Source of the DNA: Escherichia coli
GTDB lineage: Bacteria > Pseudomonadota > Gammaproteobacteria > Enterobacterales > Enterobacteriaceae
Assembly: GCF_044647545.1 (NCBI RefSeq)
Contig: NZ_CP172818.1
DNA length: 64,000 nucleotides
Direction: 5' to 3' (one strand)
Position 1 is the first letter of the stretch, and every line of letters starts with the position of its first letter. The notes under the pieces are model-generated. The model searched no databases, was not told the DNA's origin, and saw only the letters and a program-made list of their open reading frames with translations. Made by a program: the position numbers and the translations under genes. Positions 1-9,479 of this stretch are shown one piece after another.

Positions 1-325
1 AAAAATTTTCTTCCTGCATCAAGAAAAATATTATCTTACAATTTGGGCCAAATAAATTTAGAAATCGTGACAAGGCAAATGAATTAATTAGAATCTTAAT
101 TTCACAAAACAAAATATTTATATCTTCATGGGGTAAAACAAAAATAATAAACATAACTCATTGTGTTTTTTGATTTTAATGACAATCTAAAAGGACTTAA
201 TTTAAGAGTAAAAACAAACTCTAAACCCAGTTCGGATAAAAGCTTGTCATCTTGATAGGTAATATATAGGTACATAGACACATCAGAACGATCACTTACT
301 CCAATATCATTGGCCAGGATACTAT

Positions 326-952
326 ATGACATACGATAGTGAATTCGGATCACATGTATCCCTATATCGGGATAGAATCAAACAGGTTATTGATGACTCC
401 CTAAACGAACATCTTAACTCAATGATTCTACGTGTTGATCTGCATGACCCAATTGATACAGAAAATATGGATAACCCATTCTTTCAACCCAGGGTTGACT
501 CTGGTGCTATATCTCGCTTTACCAGTGCGTTAAAAGCAAAGCTTAAACATGATAAGCATATTAAAACTCAACGGAAAGACTGGCCTGATAGTCGACATTC
601 CACTTTACGTTACGCATGGGTCAGAGAATATACCAAAAATAGAAAGCGGCATTACCATTTGATACTGTGTTTCAATCAGGATGCTTATTATCATTTAGGT
701 GATTACGACTTAAACCGTAACACGTTACGTACAATGATAACGACAGCTTGGTACAGTGCACTTGGCATCCCTATAGATAGCTCGGGGAAGTTAGTTAATT
801 ACCCGCCAAATGGCAAATACCTTCTCAATCGTAAAAGGGACAACTTTGAGCAGACTTATAGCGATTTGATGAATAGGGTGGATTACATGACCAAAGTAAG
901 GACTAAAATAGTCGGTGACGGAGACCGTAATTTCGGCTGCAGTCGCGGGTAA
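326..952 (+). CDS. yfjJ: YagK/YfjJ-family prophage protein (inovirus Gp2-like), 208 aa
   Basis: Intact 208-aa ORF; ATG at 326 with AGGA 6 nt upstream; recognised as the YfjJ/YagK family from the protein sequence; lies in the prophage-like island. Confidence 0.6.
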   Translation: MTYDSEFGSHVSLYRDRIKQVIDDSLNEHLNSMILRVDLHDPIDTENMDNPFFQPRVDSGAISRFTSALKAKLKHDKHIKTQRKDWPDSRHSTLRYAWVREYTKNRKRHYHLILCFNQDAYYHLGDYDLNRNTLRTMITTAWYSALGIPIDSSGKLVNYPPNGKYLLNRKRDNFEQTYSDLMNRVDYMTKVRTKIVGDGDRNFGCSRG

Positions 953-970
953 TTTATTTTTTACAACAAT

Positions 971-1007
971 GGCCTTTCTTATGGCTGGAAAGGCCTGATT
1001 TGTTTGT
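971..1007 (+). terminator. Stem-loop plus T-tract after yfjJ
   Basis: GGCCTTTC...GAAAGGCC stem followed by TGATTTGTTTG, directly 3' of the yfjJ stop. Confidence 0.5.
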
Positions 1008-1129
1008 ATTAAGATATCGGTAATCTTTTGATGGTTGGAAGCCCGTCCTGGTAGACGACCTAGCCTACCGAAGATGTGAGTTATTCAAAAATGTCGCTTT
1101 CCCGCGTTCCGTAGACAAACGTACCTAAA

Positions 1130-3319
1130 TCAATGTCGTCTAATACCGAGCGCGCGCCTGATAAACATCTGATCAACGTACCCAATCGATCTACTCCAAA
1201 TGTCCTGAGTATCCCGAAGATACTGGCTCAACTCATCCACATCAGCCTCGTCGGAAAATTCCAGCAAGTCTACCAGTCGGTGTAACGTCTGAATGGGAAT
1301 GCCAATCTCTTCTAAGGCATTGACACCTGGTGGTAGATGGAAACTTTCGAACGCCAATTTGACATGTGTGTAATCGACTTTGCTGCGTATACCACGCTTT
1401 ACAGCGTGGTGTTTAACTACATCCTCCATCAAGCTGAGCACCTTAGGTAGGGTATAGCCGAAGGTATTGGTTATGAGCTTCAAATCATTGTTGAGGGCAA
1501 TGGAAAGAGTACGTTTCTCCCCTTCAGAAATCCACTGTCGTGCATAATCGATCTGATTTTTCAGATATTCCGAATAACTTTCAGCACTTAAATAGCCGGC
1601 AAGTTTTGCGATCATGACATCCGTAGGCTTAACAGGGACCCCATTGCGACTGAACGTATGGGGAACCAGTCTGGCAATGATCTTTGCAAAGGTCTTGAGG
1701 AAGTTTGTCGCGGGAGTCCAGTGAAACACTAACGAGGAAAATTCGTTATCGTCCATCATCTCGAACATGCTTTGCAGCATTTCGAACTGCTCGACACGGA
1801 AGTACGAATGCTTCTTCACAAGGTCGATGGAAACACGGTCGTTTATGAAAACCTCATCAAAGCGATCCTGTGAAAACTCGGACAAGTGGTCTGGTTGAAC
1901 GCTGGCTAACAGGTTGATTGGGGTATCAATGCCCTGAATACCGAGCGGAATATCCACCTCTTGATTGAGATTGTCTTCCGGGATTTCCTCCAGGCAAAAG
2001 ATTTTGCCGACGAAGTGAACGCCCATGCGCCCGGCGCGACCTTTGATGTTCCCATGGGTGAATTTGTCAATGCTGCGAGTTCCATCGCGGTTGTCGTAGA
2101 TCACAACGTTCTTAGCGATAGTGTTGACTCCTTCAATGATCGTGGAGGTGCAGAGCAAAAAGCGCAGTTTTCCAGCATTGAATTGGTCGGCAGTGTATTG
2201 CTGCAGTGCCCTCGGTAGCGCGCCAAAATGCAAGCCAATACCGTTTCTAAGGGCGACTGTGTAATCCCAGTCGGCATCGAACTCTTCGCTGACCCAGTCG
2301 ACATGGGGATTCTCAGTCGGAGTGCCATGCCCAAGCCTGATCAGCTCGCGCGCCACCAGGCCCGCAACAGTTGGTGACTTGCAATAAATGATCGTTGCGT
2401 CGACACATGCGTGCGCGATTTCCCCCAGCGCTTTGAGCTTGGCTTTGTCGTCATTCGCTTTGATGCCGAACGTCTTAACATCTAGCGCGACTGTATTGAA
2501 GTCGGTAGAAACGAAAGTATGCGGATATCCAAGTTTTTCGAGACCGCGAATGCTGTTAACGAACGGTCCCGTCAGGTAAAACTGCCTGGAGACCTTAAGC
2601 AGTTTGCTTAACGCAATGTTGAGCTCGATGACTCGTTCGTCTTGATGATCAATGTCCCCGCTTTTCAGTTGTCGGAACGCCAACTTGTAAAACTCGTCAA
2701 TGACGAAGAGGTCAATGTCGACGATGTCGTCACGCTCGTTCACTCGCTCCTGAGTTAACACATAAACAGCCTGATCGGAATGGCACACTTGGGAACTGTG
2801 GTGGATGATCTGATATCGGTCACCGAATCGCTCTTGCAGTCGGCGACGGGTTTCGTCGGCAAGAGCCACGGTTGGAACAACCAGAACAAGCCGTTTCAAA
2901 GTTCCCATGCCGAGCAATGAATCGACGATTGCACTTTTGCCCATGCTTGTAGGTGCACTCAGCACCACGTTTTGACCAGACTTGAGCAGATCGAATATGT
3001 GGAACTGCATTGAGTGGAAAACATAACCATCCGAGAATGGCGTCCGGTATAGCTCAAGCACCCTCAGGTCATCCGGTGTCAGGCTGGTGAACTCCTTTTT
3101 GAGATACGGGAACAAACCTGATTTTCTCACCATATTTTTCAAAATTGTGGTGTGCTCGGAAAACCGCTCGCGCGAATCGAGAGCTCGCACGATCAAGTCC
3201 CGTCCCAAGTCATACGAAACAGGGTTAGACAACAGCTTGTTAACCGCAAACAGATAATTGAACGATGAGAAGTCCTCACCCTGCAGGCTATGTTTCGCCT
3301 GTTCATAGATCTCTGTCAT
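1130..3319 (-). CDS. yfjK: SF2 DEAD/DEAH-box helicase, 729 aa (probable AbpB)
   Basis: 729-aa ORF; Walker A APTSMGKS, DExx-like VIDEF, helicase C-terminal motifs TSTIIEGVN and GRAGRMG visible in the translation; overlaps upstream yfjL by 4 bp. Confidence 0.85.
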   Translation of the reverse strand: MTEIYEQAKHSLQGEDFSSFNYLFAVNKLLSNPVSYDLGRDLIVRALDSRERFSEHTTILKNMVRKSGLFPYLKKEFTSLTPDDLRVLELYRTPFSDGYVFHSMQFHIFDLLKSGQNVVLSAPTSMGKSAIVDSLLGMGTLKRLVLVVPTVALADETRRRLQERFGDRYQIIHHSSQVCHSDQAVYVLTQERVNERDDIVDIDLFVIDEFYKLAFRQLKSGDIDHQDERVIELNIALSKLLKVSRQFYLTGPFVNSIRGLEKLGYPHTFVSTDFNTVALDVKTFGIKANDDKAKLKALGEIAHACVDATIIYCKSPTVAGLVARELIRLGHGTPTENPHVDWVSEEFDADWDYTVALRNGIGLHFGALPRALQQYTADQFNAGKLRFLLCTSTIIEGVNTIAKNVVIYDNRDGTRSIDKFTHGNIKGRAGRMGVHFVGKIFCLEEIPEDNLNQEVDIPLGIQGIDTPINLLASVQPDHLSEFSQDRFDEVFINDRVSIDLVKKHSYFRVEQFEMLQSMFEMMDDNEFSSLVFHWTPATNFLKTFAKIIARLVPHTFSRNGVPVKPTDVMIAKLAGYLSAESYSEYLKNQIDYARQWISEGEKRTLSIALNNDLKLITNTFGYTLPKVLSLMEDVVKHHAVKRGIRSKVDYTHVKLAFESFHLPPGVNALEEIGIPIQTLHRLVDLLEFSDEADVDELSQYLRDTQDIWSRSIGYVDQMFIRRALGIRRH

Positions 3320-4932
3320 ACGACCTCTCTCACCTTCTCATCAACTAATTGGGTTAACCGCTCAAGACTCGGGGCTGGATAAATGAATACGTGGATGCAA
3401 AGATTCGCAAACGGCGAATCCTCGATGAGGTCAGCCGCGAATTTTTCGAACAGCACCGCTGTTTCTTTCTCCAGGTCATCCTCGAACCCCGGCGTTTCAG
3501 GCTCGGTTAGTAGATTAGAGTCGTAGCCCACGAACAGAACAAACGTGAAACGATCGAGGTGAGCATCGAAAGGTTGGCTGCCATCAAGAATTTCGTCAAT
3601 GTCGTGGCGAAGCAGGTAGTTATCGTCTTTAATGTCGAGGATTTTTTTGCGCGCGGTATCGATGCAATCCGAAATGTCCTCGTACAACTGATCCCGTATC
3701 TCCGGCAATCTGACGGCAATGTTAATATCAGTCACCAACTCGCTGAAGCCAATCCAAAGCTGATCACCTTCTGGATCGCGGCGAACGATATGCACGTTTT
3801 CAAGAATTTTTTCGGCCCCTGCTTTTTCCACGTATAGCATGCAAGGAATAGGCTGGCTTTCGTGGTGCTGCCGGATCGTTGCGTGCAACAGCACTCGACC
3901 CAAAAATTCGCTGACGTCATGGAGCGATTTGAAGACGGAATTCTTTAGTCGTTCTCGCTTTTCAATGAATGTCAGTTTATGAATATCAGACATTTCTTTT
4001 GGTCGGAGAAAAACCTCATCCAACCATTGACAGACGTTATCCGCGATGTGCTTGTAGCGGTATTTCTTAAGTGAGTACTGCTGATGTAGAACCTGGCCTT
4101 TACGCTTAGCGCAGACCGAAGCCATAGGCGCTCTAAATGGCGTAAGGATGTGGGGTAAGTCCCGTTTGACGTAGATTTTGCGGCCTGACCGAGATTGGTC
4201 ATCTTCGACACGCTGCTTGAACCACTCAAGTAGGTCTGGTCGTAAGTAGGACTTGTCATCAGCACTGTGAATGCGTCGAGAATGCTCGCCCTTGCGCGTC
4301 ACAGTATCAAGGATGCGGCACCAAATGTCTTCGGCGACGGTTTCGGAACTGAGAATGACCCCATGTAGATCTTGGGAGGCCAGCCGTATGTTCTTGATCC
4401 CTAGAAGTTCCAGTTCGCGCAGGGATGAAAACACTTCCCATGTAGCCGCATCGATCCAATCTGAAACGCTTATACCTGAGTCTGTTAAAAAATTGTCTGT
4501 GCGTTTGTTGAGGTCATCGATGAGTTCCTGTCGACCTGGCTTATCTAGTCGGGCGTTTGGGCTGATCGTCAAGTACTCAAGGGTTTTGTTGACCTTTTCC
4601 TCTGTGACGATGGAGTACCTACGTCCAAGGGACAGGTCAGACTCACACTGCATTGATTTGTGCAAAATTGAACTGCAGGGGATCGTCTTTTTATCAGCAC
4701 CTTTTGAATTCTGAACGATGTCCGAAATGTTCCAACGTGTTTTGCCGGTGCTTTTTACCTGAACGAAGTCGATGTATCCATCAGATACAATGTCGATATC
4801 GTCTGTGACCTCGCAGCGCACACTGCGGATAGTCTTGTCACGAAGCATTCGGGTGACATGGTAAGCGGCTACGCAGTCCTGAAATAAGAAACCGTGCTTG
4901 GCGGCTACTCCGCCTGAATCGTTCGACTCCAT
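3316..4932 (-). CDS. yfjL: Helicase-partner protein, 538 aa (probable AbpA)
   Basis: 538-aa ORF whose stop overlaps the yfjK start (3316-3319), indicating translational coupling; length and sequence match my recollection of YfjL. Confidence 0.8.
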   Translation of the reverse strand: MESNDSGGVAAKHGFLFQDCVAAYHVTRMLRDKTIRSVRCEVTDDIDIVSDGYIDFVQVKSTGKTRWNISDIVQNSKGADKKTIPCSSILHKSMQCESDLSLGRRYSIVTEEKVNKTLEYLTISPNARLDKPGRQELIDDLNKRTDNFLTDSGISVSDWIDAATWEVFSSLRELELLGIKNIRLASQDLHGVILSSETVAEDIWCRILDTVTRKGEHSRRIHSADDKSYLRPDLLEWFKQRVEDDQSRSGRKIYVKRDLPHILTPFRAPMASVCAKRKGQVLHQQYSLKKYRYKHIADNVCQWLDEVFLRPKEMSDIHKLTFIEKRERLKNSVFKSLHDVSEFLGRVLLHATIRQHHESQPIPCMLYVEKAGAEKILENVHIVRRDPEGDQLWIGFSELVTDINIAVRLPEIRDQLYEDISDCIDTARKKILDIKDDNYLLRHDIDEILDGSQPFDAHLDRFTFVLFVGYDSNLLTEPETPGFEDDLEKETAVLFEKFAADLIEDSPFANLCIHVFIYPAPSLERLTQLVDEKVREVV

Positions 4933-5190
4933 TTAGACATCCGTGACAATTTTGCGAAAATTAAGGAGATGTTATGACACAGTCCAATCGGATCACTGCA
5001 TCATCACCAGTGATCTAAATACTTCACAGCCATTCTCGGTCGCAGGTATCAAGCTTTTCAGGATTCCACAAATATTGTAACCCTGACGTCTAATTTGGTT
5101 ATATAACATACTGCCCCAACTAACGTAAGGTAGGCACAGCCTTAATCAAGGTTTTGGTTTTCAAATAGTTCAGAGCTGAGACCGCCAACC

Positions 5191-5238
5191 GCACTATGGC
5201 ACTATGGCACTATGGCACTATGGCACTATGGCACTATG
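5191..5238. repeat. Tandem repeat (GCACTATG) x6
   Basis: Six perfect head-to-tail copies of an 8-bp unit read directly, between yfjM and the yfjL upstream region. Confidence 0.95.
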
Positions 5239-5291
5239 GCACCGCCAGCGATTGTAATCACACTTGATATTATAAAACACAGTTGCACGCA

Positions 5292-5555
5292 TTATTTCCT
5301 GGTTGGTAGGGTCATATCTCGATGCTCTTTGAGCAATGTCAACATCGCGTGTTCATGGCTTTCTATATTGTTGATGCCTTGCCCATCCGGACCCCACTCC
5401 TTATAGCTCATCATGATGGCTTGTTTTGGGCTCTCTGCTCGTTCTGTTTCGACGTAGAATTTTTTCTTGTCTGCTGGCGAATAATTACTAAGTATCGAGT
5501 TGCTGCTTGGTGAGATCAGGAAGAGGTTACCGAAACGATGGACATCATCCCCCAT
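5292..5555 (-). CDS. yfjM: Small prophage protein, 87 aa
   Basis: 87-aa ORF in the expected position between yfjL and rnlA; length matches YfjM; coding status not independently supported. Confidence 0.5.
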
Positions 5556-5696
5556 TTTGTGGACTGCCCCCCCGGTAGACGATCCTGCCCTATAGTTGGA
5601 GTGCCCCCTATTCAGGTGGCTAAATTTAGCAAATCAATACACTTCAGGGGGGTATTATTGTAGAGTTTCCCCATATGTTTCTATGGGATCCAGGAA

Positions 5697-6770
5697 ATGA
5701 CAATCAGGAGTTACAAAAACTTAAATCTGGTCAGGGCAAATATCGAGACTGAATCCAGACAATTCATTGAAAATAAAAACTATTCAATCCAATCAATTGG
5801 TCCTATGCCAGGGTCAAGGGCTGGGCTTCGGGTCGTATTTACCAGACCAGGGGTTAACTTGGCAACTGTGGACATTTTTTATAACGGGGACGGTTCGACT
5901 ACAATTCAATATCTCACTGGAGCCAATCGTTCTCTGGGCCAAGAGTTAGCGGATCATCTTTTTGAAACCATCAATCCTGCTGAATTTGAGCAGGTAAATA
6001 TGGTACTGCAAGGATTTGTAGAGACAAGCGTTCTACCTGTACTTGAGCTATCAGCAGATGAATCGCATATAGAGTTCAGAGAACACTCTCGTAACGCTCA
6101 TACCGTAGTGTGGAAAATTATTTCCACCAGCTATCAGGACGAATTGACTGTGAGCCTGCATATCACAACAGGTAAGCTCCAGATTCAGGGCCGACCGCTG
6201 TCATGTTACAGAGTTTTCACGTTTAACTTGGCAGCCCTGCTTGATTTACAGGGTTTGGAGAAAGTGCTAATCCGCCAGGAGGATGGTAAAGCTAATATTG
6301 TTCAACAGGAGGTTGCCCGCACTTACTTGCAGACTGTAATGGCCGATGCTTACCCGCATCTCCACGTGACTGCCGAAAAATTGCTCGTTTCAGGGCTATG
6401 TGTTAAACTCGCCGCCCCTGATTTGCCTGACTACTGTATGTTACTTTATCCTGAACTACGCACCATTGAAGGTGTCTTAAAAAGTAAGATGAGTGGGTTA
6501 GGCATGCCAGTACAGCAGCCGGCAGGTTTTGGAACTTACTTTGATAAACCTGCTGCTCATTACATTCTGAAACCGCAATTTGCAGCTACTCTTAGACCGG
6601 AACAGATTAACATCATCAGCACAGCCTATACTTTTTTTAATGTGGAACGTCATTCTCTGTTCCACATGGAAACTGTGGTCGATGCCAGCCGTATGATTTC
6701 TGATATGGCCCGGTTGATGGGTAAAGCCACTAGAGCGTGGGGAATAATCAAGGACTTATATATTGTTTGA
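5697..6770 (+). CDS. rnlA: RnlA toxin (RNase LS), 357 aa
   Basis: 357-aa ORF recognised as RnlA; followed by an overlapping small antitoxin gene. Confidence 0.9.
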   Translation: MTIRSYKNLNLVRANIETESRQFIENKNYSIQSIGPMPGSRAGLRVVFTRPGVNLATVDIFYNGDGSTTIQYLTGANRSLGQELADHLFETINPAEFEQVNMVLQGFVETSVLPVLELSADESHIEFREHSRNAHTVVWKIISTSYQDELTVSLHITTGKLQIQGRPLSCYRVFTFNLAALLDLQGLEKVLIRQEDGKANIVQQEVARTYLQTVMADAYPHLHVTAEKLLVSGLCVKLAAPDLPDYCMLLYPELRTIEGVLKSKMSGLGMPVQQPAGFGTYFDKPAAHYILKPQFAATLRPEQINIISTAYTFFNVERHSLFHMETVVDASRMISDMARLMGKATRAWGIIKDLYIV

Positions 6771-7134
6771 AATCACCGGAATTAACGTCTCAGGGGCTCT
6801 AAAAGCTGTCGTTATGGCGACCGGCTTCGAGAACCCTTTGTCCTCAGTTAATGAAATTGAGACGAAACTTTCTGCCCTACTGGGTAGTGAGACCACTGGT
6901 GAAATCCTTTTTGACCTCTTGTGCGCTAACGGTCCAGAGTGGAACCGCTTCGTTACGCTGGAAATGAAATATGGCCGGATCATGCTGGATACGGCCAAAA
7001 TTATTGATGAGCAGGACGTTCCGACACATATCCTGAGCAAACTGACTTTTACTTTACGTAATCATCCTGAGTACCTAGAAGCCTCTGTTTTGTCTCCCGA
7101 TGATGTACGCCAAGTCCTGTCAATGGATTTTTGA
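6763..7134 (+). CDS. rnlB: RnlB antitoxin, 123 aa
   Basis: 123-aa ORF overlapping the rnlA 3' end by 8 bp, the typical type II toxin-antitoxin arrangement. Confidence 0.85.
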   Translation: MFEITGINVSGALKAVVMATGFENPLSSVNEIETKLSALLGSETTGEILFDLLCANGPEWNRFVTLEMKYGRIMLDTAKIIDEQDVPTHILSKLTFTLRNHPEYLEASVLSPDDVRQVLSMDF

Positions 7135-7435
7135 AACTCTTCTTTCTAAACGAACCAGTATAGAATTCGCCCTTTTGGCATGATATTAACTTGTCCAATA
7201 TGATCAAATAGCATTAACCCCCCCTCACAACGTCCTGCATAGGGAACACGTTTTCCCCTGTGCACCCACGACTAAATTTCCCCCCCTTTAAACTTCTCAA
7301 TAATGTCACCAATTTTCTGGAAATCCTATGATGCCTTTCCCGGTAAATGGTGCTGTGAGTTCAGAAAGATTCTGCAATCTATGTGCATTGAAAAAATCTT
7401 CAGATAGATATCATTCTCCTGAACAATCCGATGAA

Positions 7436-7470
7436 CGGCAGAACCTCGCGGTTCTGCCGTTTTTGTTTTA
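7436..7470 (+). terminator. Terminator-like hairpin in the yfjP leader
   Basis: CGGCAGAAC...GTTCTGCCG stem followed by TTTTTGTTTTA, about 20 nt upstream of the yfjP RBS; a diverged copy recurs at 15269-15300. Confidence 0.5.
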
Positions 7471-7488
7471 CTTTTCAGAGGAGTGGTG

Positions 7489-8352
7489 ATGAAAAATTTT
7501 GAAGTTCTGCAGCCACTACAGAACTCCCTTTCCGGTCTACCGCTATGGGTATCTGAACGTATATTGCAGCAGATAAATCAGTTAACCCACTACGAGCCAG
7601 TGATCGGCATCATGGGTAAAACTGGGGCGGGAAAGAGTAGCCTTTGCAATGCCCTGTTTGCCGGTGAAGTATCGCCGGTCAGCGATGTAGCGGCCTGTAC
7701 ACGTGATCCTTTACGCTTTCGCCTGCAGATTGGAGAACACTTTATGACCATCGTGGATCTGCCCGGCGTGGGCGAAAGTGGCGTTCGCGATACCGAGTAT
7801 GCTGCGCTGTACCGCGAACAACTTCCCCGGCTCGACCTGATTCTGTGGCTGATTAAGGCTGATGATCGGGCACTGGCGACTGATGAGCATTTTTACCGTC
7901 AGGTGATTGGCGAAGCATACCGGCATAAGATGCTGTTTGTTATCAGCCAGTCAGACAAAGCTGAACCCACCAGCGGTGGAAATATCCTTTCCACAGAGCA
8001 GAAACAAAATATCAGCCGCAAAATCTGCCTGCTGCATGAGCTATTCCAGCCCGTGCATCCGGTGTGTGCCGTGTCGGTTCGCCTGCAGTGGGGACTAAGG
8101 GTGATGGCAGAGCGGATGATTAAGTGTCTGCCGCGTGAGGCCAGCAGCCCGGTAGTAGCGCTACTGCAACATCCCTTTCGAACAACGGTAGCCCGGGAGC
8201 AGGCACGTGACGATTTCGGTGAAACCGTAGGTGCCATACTCGATACGGTAAGCACCTTTCCCCTTATTCCCGCCCCGGTGCGGACCATTATTCAGGCCGT
8301 GCGTTCCTCGGTGGTGTCAGTGGCCCGCGCTGTCTGGGATTTCTTCTTCTGA
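7489..8352 (+). CDS. yfjP: Prophage GTPase, 287 aa
   Basis: G1/Walker A GKTGAGKSS and G3 DLPGVG motifs; ATG at 7489 preceded by GAGGAG (the listed ORF begins 6 nt earlier at an in-frame GTG). Confidence 0.85.
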   Translation: MKNFEVLQPLQNSLSGLPLWVSERILQQINQLTHYEPVIGIMGKTGAGKSSLCNALFAGEVSPVSDVAACTRDPLRFRLQIGEHFMTIVDLPGVGESGVRDTEYAALYREQLPRLDLILWLIKADDRALATDEHFYRQVIGEAYRHKMLFVISQSDKAEPTSGGNILSTEQKQNISRKICLLHELFQPVHPVCAVSVRLQWGLRVMAERMIKCLPREASSPVVALLQHPFRTTVAREQARDDFGETVGAILDTVSTFPLIPAPVRTIIQAVRSSVVSVARAVWDFFF

Positions 8353-8443
8353 GTGTTTAATTCTGCCCTATTATTCTCCGAGCCCTGTCGCAAGTGCGGC
8401 AGGGCTTTCTTTATTTGTTTTACCCATACTGAGGAGTCTGCTT

Positions 8444-9263
8444 ATGACCCGTCTGGCTTCGCGCTTTGGCGCTGCAAACCAGATACGCCGTGACCGTCCG
8501 CTGACACATGAAGAACTGATACGCCATGTACCCAGTATTTTTGGGGAAGACCGGCACATCCCGCAGTGAACGGTATGCGTACATTCCCACCATTACCGTC
8601 CTGGAAAATCTGCAGCGGGAAGGCTTTCAGCCGTTCTTCGCCTGCCAGACCCGTGTGCGCGACCCGGGCCGCCGGGGATACACAAAACACATGCTGCGTC
8701 TGCGGCGGGCCGGAGAGATAAACGGAGAACATGTCCCTGAAATTATTCTGCTCAACTCTCATGACGGTACCTCCAGCTACCAGATGCTGCCGGGTTACTT
8801 CAGGTTCGTCTGCCAGAACGGGTGCGTCTGTGGCCAGTCTCTGGGGGAAGTGCGTGTTCCACACCGGGGAAATGTAGTGGAGAAAGTTATCGAAGGGGCT
8901 TACGAGGTGGTGGGCGTGTTTGACCGGATAGAGGAGAAGCGTGATGCCATGCAGTCGCTGGTCCTGCCGCCACCGGCACGCCAGGCGCTGGCACAGGCGG
9001 CACTGACTTACCGTTATGGTGACGAACATCAGCCCGTCACCACCGCCGACATTCTGACGCCGCGACGCCGGGAGGATTACGGTAAGGACCTGTGGAGCGC
9101 ATATCAGACCATCCAGGAGAATATGCTGAAAGGCGGGATTTCCGGTCGCAGTGCCAGAGGAAAACGTATCCATACCCGGGCCATTCACAGCATTGATACC
9201 GACATTAAGCTCAATCGCGCATTGTGGGTGATGGCAGAAACACTGCTCACGCAACTGCAGTAG
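8444..9263 (+). pseudogene. yfjQ: DUF932-family protein, frameshifted near codon 41
   Basis: ATG at 8444 with GAGGAG RBS encodes MTRLASRFGAAN... for 41 codons, then TGA at 8567-8569; the remaining 245 aa continues in the +1 frame; total span 820 nt is not a multiple of 3. Confidence 0.65.
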
Positions 9264-9479
9264 ACGTTTCATGTTGCCACGTTGTTAATATCGGACACCA
9301 CCTGTCCGCATCGCTATGTGCTCGTGTGCCTCAATCCCCCGGTTATAGCTTTTAACCCCCGTTACATCTGGCTTTTGCAGAAATAAAAAATAGTTTCTGC
9401 GTTGTCCATACCCTGTCCGCCCCCCTCTTTAAAGTAATCACATCATTTTCAGTCAGTTAACTTTCCTGGAGAATCTCTC

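Noticed and set aside
126-353. 75-aa minus-strand ORF at the left edge
   Set aside because: AT-rich low-complexity sequence with no RBS or recognisable motif; overlaps the yfjJ start region.
8442-9272. 276-aa minus-strand ORF
   Set aside because: Antisense to yfjQ; the sense strand carries the conserved DUF932 sequence.
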